A stretch of DNA of 57,757 nucleotides, from the NCBI GenBank assembly GCA_030324005.1, contig JARDVH010000157.1, positions 25,298,444 through 25,356,200 of the forward strand, written 5' to 3'. The DNA is from Negaprion brevirostris. Taxonomy: Eukaryota. Positions 50,390-57,757 of this stretch are shown here, piece by piece. The notes under the pieces are model-generated. The model saw only the letters and a list, made by a program, of their open reading frames with translations. It did not search any database and was not told where the DNA came from. The stretch's first letter is position 1; every line of letters starts with the position of its first letter. A program made the translations under genes and the position numbers.

Positions 50390-51639
50390 CTGAAATAAAA
50401 TTATCAACCAAAACAAACCATTTTAGTGCCAAGGCAGATCGCGAAAGAACTCAGCACAGTATCAACATTAATTGAAATTTCACCCCAGGTCATTGGTACT
50501 GTCATATGTGTGCAAGTGCCAGCTCCATGTTGGAGGTTGTTATTCTAAAGCCAGCTCCTTGTTCTTTCCCCAAAACTTTTAATAGCTTTCCTGAAGCATC
50601 TATCTCTAATTCACTCTGAAATTATAAGCTTCCACAGCTATTTGTAGTAGTGCATTTCTGATTGGAATGACTTACTTCAAAAAGTCAGACCAGTTCCAGT
50701 ATATTTGCAATAATAATCCTCATTTTGTGCTTCCTTGTTACCATTCCACCAAAAGAAATTATGTTTCAAGATTTACTGTCTCAAATCCTTTAAATCCGTT
50801 TGGTCATCCCCTAAATGTCTTGGCTTCAGTGAAATTAGGCCACATCTTCTTCATAATACATCCTGTTTTCATGTTTACATGACAGACAATGACATACATT
50901 GCTTAAACAAATGCAAGCAATTTTAATAGTTCATTAATTTAAAATATATGATTCTACATTTAATCAAATAATTACATGATTAATAGGATTTTGTGGTTAG
51001 AGATTTTACAGAAATAATTATGGTCATTTTTTGCTTTTTAATTGCACACAGGCTTTGAAGTTTGGCTGCGTGAAGGTTACGGTATGGACTCTAAAACGTT
51101 CTTGAGTTTGTAATCTTACCAGAAGCATTGAAATGTTGAATTATGCATTTATTCGTATGATATCTTCATCTCCTGTAATTCTGATTGCAAAGTCTCACCA
51201 AAGTTTCATGAAGCCCATAGCATTAAAGGGTCAGTAACTTTCTGGAAATTAAATTGGCTAAGGGAAAGAAATCAGAGACGATGGGCATGATCTTACTGGT
51301 CATTCATGCCACATTCCCGCTGCAACGGAGTGGGAAAAAATCCCACCTATATGGATGGTCGTAACATTCCGGCCTGAAGGCATTGGGAAAGCTGTGGTTA
51401 TTTTTTATATATGTTGATGACTTGAACTTGAGAATAGGGGCATAATTGCAAAGATTGCAGATAATACAGAACTCAGTGTAGCAAGCAACGAGGGGGATAA
51501 TGGAAAAATAAACATGGGGGGGGCATAAACAAACTGATGAAACGGGCAAACACATGGCAGATCAAATTTAATTTAGAGAAGTGTGAGGCGATACATTTTC
51601 GTAGGAAGAATGAGGAGAGGCAAAATTAAACTAAATGCA

Positions 51640-52660
51640 ACTACCAACCAGGGCTGCATCTTGCTGAGTGCGGTGGCCAGCCACCTCACCAAAGGTGAGG
51701 GAGTTGTCACTAGAGTGAGCCGTAAACGCACTTTACGGAACTTTACACCTACCCCGATTCTGGGGGTGGGCAAGGCTCGGAGAACAGCATTCTCTGTTGG
51801 CCTCGGGTGGGATCATACGAACCTCAGATGGGCCTGCTGGTAAAATTCAGCCCGATATTGCTCAGGAATGGATATCCTTCAAAAAAAAAAGAGAAGAACT
51901 CAATGACCAGTCCAAAGACCCACAGCCATAAACACAAACGAGGCCTAATCAGTAACTGAAACCTGGCAAAGTTGCAGGTTACCACCAAATCTACACTGAA
52001 TTTCTTAAGCGCCTTGGCACAGTGGCAACAAAATAGGTGTCTGTATCCCTGACCAGAACCACCCAAGAGAAGCAACTGACAAAAGATTGTCGGAAAGTAA
52101 AATCATTGCAATCCCCCAGCCTGGCAAGGTTCCTAAAAAAGCTTCCAGTTACAGGTCAATTTCTCTTCCAAGTGTTATAAGCTGCTGGAGATAATGATCT
52201 TGCACCATATCCAACCAACCATGGAGGATACACTATCCATAGACCAAGCAGGATTTTGCAAGGTGTGCAGTATAGAAGACCAAGTATTTGCCCTCACCAA
52301 CCACATTGAAAATGGTTTTCAAAAGCACCTGAAAACTGGGGTAATCTACCTCAATCTCACAGCAGCCTATGGCACTGTTTGACACACAGGCCTACTAGCC
52401 AAGCTTGCTCGGGTCCTACCACCCTGGGTTGCTGACACCATCGCTTCTCTCAAAATAAACTATTGAGTCCATTTGGGGCCCAAAGCCAGCACGTGAAAGA
52501 GCAGCAAAATGGCCTACCTCAAGGATCAGTACTGACTCCCCGACTTGTCCAACCTGTACACGAATGACCTGTCAGCCACATACAGCTGCAAGTTCCTCTA
52601 CACAGATGACAGCTACTGTGCCTACCAAGTGAGGGATTTCAAGGACATTAACACAGCAGG
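51640..52660 (+). mobile_element. Vingi/Ingi-like (I group) LINE RT remnant
   Basis: PGK....SSYR.ISL; DQAGF....S..DQV.ALT.HIENGFQ..LKTG...L.LTAAY.TV; NGLPQGSVL; NLYTNDL; FLYTDD. Confidence 0.7.
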
Positions 52661-52999
52661 GACTAGGATACTTGGATAACTCAAGCAGAAAGCCAGCACA
52701 GGCCAAATGGAATTACTCACTGCTGTACCAGTGGTCTGATAATCATTAACCTTCCTAGCTCAACAAGCTGAATAAAGTTACTAGATTGGTAGCCTGCTCC
52801 ACGTTGTACAGCTTACTGTTTACGATGCTGCACAAAAGATTGTGGCATTGGTCGGCAGATTGTGATTTGGATAGATAAATGATTGCATTCCTGTAGACAA
52901 ACATATTTGTGGCAATGGCTCTGCATGGGAAACAGTATGAATCCAGGAAAGATTAGTTTCTAATGCCTTTGCTCTTCACCTTCTTTACGAACAAAGGCA

Positions 53000-53960
53000 T
53001 TGGGAGAAATGACCAAAAGTTCAAGGGTGATACAAAGGTCTGTGTGGGTGAGGAGTTTCAATAGGCAAAATAGGCAGATCTAGATGCACCAAAGAAAAGG
53101 ACATGTACCTGGCTGGAGTCTATTAATACAAGTGAAAAAATGAGGGAGGGATAACGTCAAGCGAGTGTACACCTTGAAGGTTGTATGCTTAGAACCATTG
53201 AGCAGAAAGAGGATCTGGACACAAGTGTGCAAATTACTGAAGATGTCATGAGGCTATTACAAAAGCATTGAGAACAAGAAATAATATTTTGTCTCGTTAC
53301 CAGAATACAGCATCTGGCTATGTCCCTTACAAGGCAGGCGAAATAGAGGACCTGGAAAATGTTCAGGGATGGCCATTAAATTGGCAGCTAATTTAAGGGC
53401 CCTCAATTACCATAGTAGGCTGAGGGGGTGGGACAGTTACTCCAGAAGAGCATCCTTGACTCTGAAGAGATTGGATTGAAATTTCTAAACTAATAAAAGG
53501 ATTAGACTCAGTCCCTGTGGATAATCTATGCGAGCTAGATGTAAATGACACAAGCTAAGAGTTAGGTTTGATGTTAGGCATTACTTCTCACTTCTGAGAA
53601 CAACTGGCAGGCATGTGCGATAAGTGTGGATTTGCTGCAAACATTCAAAATTTAGCTCGATGTGTTCCTGAACTGCCCAATTTTGCATTAGAGGGTAGGT
53701 GTAAACTGGTGATATGCCTTCTGATCATGGTAGCCTCCTGCAATGTTTTAATTGTCTTTGTGGCTTAGGGAGAAATTTCACATAGTTTTTCTCCAATTTG
53801 GTATGAGGTTCCTCCCATTCTGATTTTCTTTTTTAACTCTCCCAGTACATTGTGTCTCTAGTGGGTGGGGATAGGGAAGGGCAATGATGTGGAGTAGTGA
53901 CACAGCAGTATTTGACAAACTTGTTGGCCCAGATGATTATTTTCTAGTCTTTATTTTGTA
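53000..53960 (+). mobile_element. Highly decayed CR1/L2-group LINE 3' region
   Basis: gaggatctgga, ctggaaaatgttcag, aacattcaaaatttagctcgatg motifs in the expected order. Confidence 0.55.
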
Positions 53961-54019
53961 TGATCACCTTAGTCTAATCATGCTAACTACCGTGATGGTT
54001 ATTATATTTGATGTATCAT

Positions 54020-54262
54020 TTAAGGCTTTTTAAAATTTTTCACAGGATGTGGGTGTTGCTGGCTAGGCCAGCATTTGTTGCCCATCCCTAATTGCCCAGG
54101 GGAAGGTGGAAGGGAGTCACCTGCAACCACTGCAGTCCCTGTTGGTGTACGTACACCCAATGTTGTTTGAGAGGAATTCCAGGATTTTGACCAGTGACAG
54201 TGAAGGAACAGCAATATAATTCCAAGTCAAGGTGTTGTGTGCCTTGGAGGGGAACTTGCAGG
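54020..54262 (-). mobile_element. Family B LINE 3' end
   Basis: ggatgtgggtgttgctggctaggccagcatttgttgcccatccctaattgccc. Confidence 0.85.
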
Positions 54263-54780
54263 TTTGGTGCGTCTACTGTCTTTGTCCTTCTAGGTGATAG
54301 AGGTTGTGGGTTTTTGAACCTTTCAATTCTTCCTGTAACACACCTCAGCCATGAATCAAGCTTTCCAAAGAATGCTCCAATTCCCCCGAAGACATGAGAA
54401 CCAAAAAGCATTGGGATATCTGGGGGAAACACTTAAGGCAAGGTGAGGTTCTTTCCTCCACAGCTTTTAGTGTCAGGCCTTGCATATGAAAATACAAAAA
54501 TTAGAATGGGACATTCACTAGAATAATGCAATAACCTTTCTTTCCTCAAAAAGGATTTGTAAAGCAAAAAATCAAATCGAAGAAAATAATTAAGATCAAC
54601 AGTTCAATATAAAATTGCAGACCAGTGTTAAAGCCATATCAAGCAAAGGTTTGATGAGCTCAGGTTTAATTTAGGTTTCACATGGAAAGTCGTCAGCCTC
54701 AGCAGGGACCTTGATAGGAAAATATCTCATCATATTTAGTTCACGTCAAGCACTTTAAATTATACCTAACTGACACCAAC

Positions 54781-54971
54781 CTTCCATTTAGCCTCCAGAG
54801 CATCCAACAACGCACACTTCCTCTTTCTGTCCAGTGAACGCTCTGTTTCTTCATCAAATTCAGACTGTTTAACTGGTGCACCGATCAGGTAGAGTCCAGA
54901 GATGGATATTACCCATGGTTCCACGTGAGGCCGGTAGAACGGGATCTGCAGCGTTATCTTCCCAATAAAAC
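54781..54971 (-). CDS. VPS13D: VPS13D exon ~4 (191 nt), FIGKITLQIPFYRPHVEPW...LEAKWK
   Basis: tttcag|GT acceptor, AAG|gttggt donor, phase 1-0; within ORF 54766..54996. Confidence 0.95.
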
Positions 54972-55374
54972 CTGAAAAGTTATGCACGTGCCTCACGTAT
55001 GGAACTTATTTTTAATTCAATTTTTTGCACATGGTGTTGTTTGTAAGCCAACATCTATCTTCAATTACAAAATCCCAAAGCTGGATCTAGGAAAACTGCG
55101 TTTAAAAAAAGGGTTTAGCATGCTTTCGTCTCCAGCTTCTTCAAAGGGCAGCAGGAAAGCCCCAAGAATAGAGTTCTCCCCAGCTTTACATTCCCTTCAA
55201 ACATTACAGCCAATATTGATTTTCTTGACACGGGGAGAATACCACTAGAAAATACCACAACATTCAAGACAAACACCACATCTATGCCATGTATTCATTA
55301 ACGGCCTTCACAAACATGATCTCGATACGGACAAGGATGGTGACTGGAAAAAGGTGGTGAGCAATTCAACTTAC

Positions 55375-55452
55375 CTGCTTTCACCTCAAAAGGTAAATCC
55401 AACTCTTTGAGGGCATCTCTCTTCAGTGGGAGGTTTTCCAATTCAACAGCCC
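55375..55452 (-). CDS. VPS13D: VPS13D exon ~3 (78 nt), GAVELENLPLKRDALKELDLPFEVKA
   Basis: gtgcag|GG acceptor, GCAG|gtaagt donor, phase 1-1; chorein-N sequence; too short for the ORF track. Confidence 0.96.
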
Positions 55453-55999
55453 CTGCACAGAAGCAATAAAATAAATTTTAATGTCATGTTATTCTATACA
55501 GCAGCTGTGTTTGTAAAGCTGAGGAACCAGCTGTAACCCAGCAAATAGGTTTGGTTTAAGTGCATTATATGAACAAACACAATATGACTTGCACACCAAG
55601 ATAGATATACATTATTTCCTAATGTATTGTCCTCAGGTCATATGGTATGCCTGACATGTATATTGTAAATATCAAGAGTATCAGAACTGTAATGAAACAC
55701 TTCAGAATGAAAAATGCTGTATGGAAACAAGTCAAATTTTACTGCACTTTCTAATTTTCAAGTGGAAATGTTTTATATTGTACTTTTATAAATTATGAAT
55801 AAACTATATTTTTGAAAAAAAGCATTATGTATTGATCAGTAAAATACCCTTAAGTCAGCAAGATCAAAGAAATTGAAGAAAATTAGGGGCCAATGCCACC
55901 AAGAAAGCAGTCAAAGGGACAAACGTTTGTACTAGGCCCCACTTAAACGCTTAACCAATATGGTGCGTCAGTTGACAGACATTGTGTACCTATGAAGGT

Positions 56000-56295
56000 A
56001 TTCTCTTTTGAAACTCTGGTCTCTTCCACATCCCCAATTTTCATTGCTCCATCACTGGCAGCCATGACTTCTGCTGCCTTGGCCCCAAGCCCTGGAATTC
56101 CCTGTCTAAATTTCTCTTGCCTCTTCTTTCACATCATATAAGAGGCTCTTTAAACCCTCTTTCTTGATAGATCCAGTGCTGCTGATTATCGTTTCATGTG
56201 GTTATGATTAAATTTTCTCTGATAATGCTCCTGCAAGCACCTTGGAATTTTTCGTTACATTAAAGGCACTACATAAATGCAACGCTTTGTTGAAA
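56000..56295 (+). mobile_element. L2-type LINE 3' end
   Basis: ctggaattccct (WNSL)...taaaggcactacataaatgcaa tail. Confidence 0.75.
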
Positions 56296-56555
56296 TTTTT
56301 CCACCCCTCATCAAGTTTCCTACTTCAGCTGGTGTTGATAGAGGATAAGGGTTGTTCTTCTCAAACAGTAGGTGCCCTATCTAAAGGCTAAACTGGACTG
56401 GAATTATAATGAAATCAATTTGCCAAGGTGGAATTTGAACTTACAACCACTGGATTTCCAGTCCAGTATTTTATCACCACATTCCTATACTTGCATTAGG
56501 ATTACAGTTACAAACTAACCTCTAGGAGATAATCTCACACTGCCTAGATCTCACT

Positions 56556-56700
56556 GGGTGGGATTTTCCAGCTACACTCGCTCCGAAACCGGAAAATCCC
56601 ACCCGAGGTCAGTGGAACTTTGCATGGTCGGTACACACACACACACCCCCCCCACCCCCATCCAATGCTTCCGGTGGTGGGCAGGACAGAGCAATTCCTC
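56556..56700. repeat. MITE-like element starting with a perfect 14-bp inverted repeat
   Basis: gggtgggattttcc (56556-56569) / ggaaaatcccaccc (56591-56604); related ends at 51283-51347 and ~51840-51853. Confidence 0.65.
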
Positions 56701-56989
56701 TCACTATGTCCAATATATTTGTACAGAAATATTTGACAACTTAACTTTCAGTATTTATTTTACTATTAACAGAAATCTTGCCTCTCACCTTACATTAAAA
56801 TTTAGCTTTGTATTCAAAATTCTGGTGCGAGTCAGCAATACAACACTGTTAAGACTGCATGCAAGACAGCACAAGTAATACTTGCAAAAAAAATGGTAAA
56901 CCTTTTAAAAAATATAAACTGGATATATTTTGTGCTTGAATTAGGATTCTGCAAAGAAGTGTTTTGCTTCCTGAAACATTTGGTAGGAA

Positions 56990-57490
56990 AAGCAGAATGC
57001 AAAGTATTATTTAAATAGAGAGAGACTGCCGAATGCTGCAGTACACGAGTTTCTAGATGTCCTCATACATGAAACACAAAGTTAGCATGCAGGTATAACA
57101 ATCAGGAAGGTAGATGGAACAGTGCCCTTTTTTGCAAGAGAGATGGATATAAAAGTAAGGAAGCCTTGCTACCACGGCGCAGGACATTGGTGAGACCACA
57201 CCTAGAGTACAATGCACAGTTTTGGTCTCTGTTTAAGAAACGATATGCTTGCATTGGAAGCAGTTCAGAGAAGGTTCACTAGGTTGAATTCTGGGATGAG
57301 GGGTTTGTCTGAGGAAAGGCTAGGTTGGACCTGTACTCATTGGAATTTAGAAGAATGGGACATGCTGCCTTTGAAACATACCAGATTCTGAGGGGATGTG
57401 ACAGTAGATGCTGAGAGGATGTTTTCCCTCATGGGGACATCTAGAGATAGGGGGCACAGTTTCAGAATAAGAGGTCACCACTTAAGATTA
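56990..57490 (+). mobile_element. CR1 3' fragment
   Basis: ttggtgagaccacacctagagtac...gttcagagaaggttcactagg; DAERMF.L.G.SR.RGHS.RIRG. Confidence 0.88.
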
Positions 57491-57757
57491 GGCCAAGCAC
57501 TGAGGACAGGGCAGTCCTTGGGAGTTGGGGGAGGGGCTCCAGTCTGGGAAGGGTGCCAGGATTGCCAACCCAATCCCATTTCCTGCCGAGGCATGAGCAG
57601 GTTGATCTATTGGGCTTCCTCCATCATAGAAACCCTACAGTGCAGAAAGAGGCCACTTGGCCCATCTAGTCCACACCAAACACATGAGCGGTCTACATAT
57701 AGGGGGATATAGCAGGCCTTACTAAACATTGTAGGCTTGGGATTCCGTTTTTACCTC

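Larger units (their letters stand above)
6523..55452 (-). other. VPS13D: VPS13D gene body (partial): 22 coding exons, 5999 coding nt, bridge-like lipid transfer protein with N-terminal chorein domain
   Basis: Spliced translation is collinear with human VPS13D as I recall it, from GAVELENLPL to RQRAAIEGQ. Every junction is GT-AG and phases join without a frameshift. Start exon and downstream exons were not found in the window. Confidence 0.97.

Noticed and set aside
1-57757. CRISPR arrays, operons or other prokaryotic systems
   Set aside because: The sequence is a spliced vertebrate gene with retroelement-rich introns; no regularly spaced direct-repeat array was seen.

Overview
Eukaryotic (vertebrate) genomic DNA, almost certainly from a shark or ray judging by the V-SINE (HE1-like), DeuSINE-like and CR1 repeat content; the species cannot be determined. 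The whole window lies inside one gene on the minus strand, VPS13D. I traced 22 consecutive coding exons from 55452 down to 6523. All have GT-AG boundaries and matching phases, totalling 5999 nt (about 2000 codons, roughly the N-terminal 45% of the protein). The ATG exon and the 3' exons lie outside the window. Exon numbers follow my recollection of the human gene. Introns are filled with decayed retroelements (CR1, L2-type, one Vingi-like RT fragment, several SINE families), MITE-like inverted repeats and many N gaps. The most interesting non-coding signal is a family of 130-240 bp mostly palindromic insertions with apparent target-site duplications and a decayed minimal hammerhead-ribozyme-like core beside the symmetry centre, resembling Penelope-like/retrozyme-like non-autonomous elements. 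Repeat boundaries are approximate and family names come from recall, not a database search.
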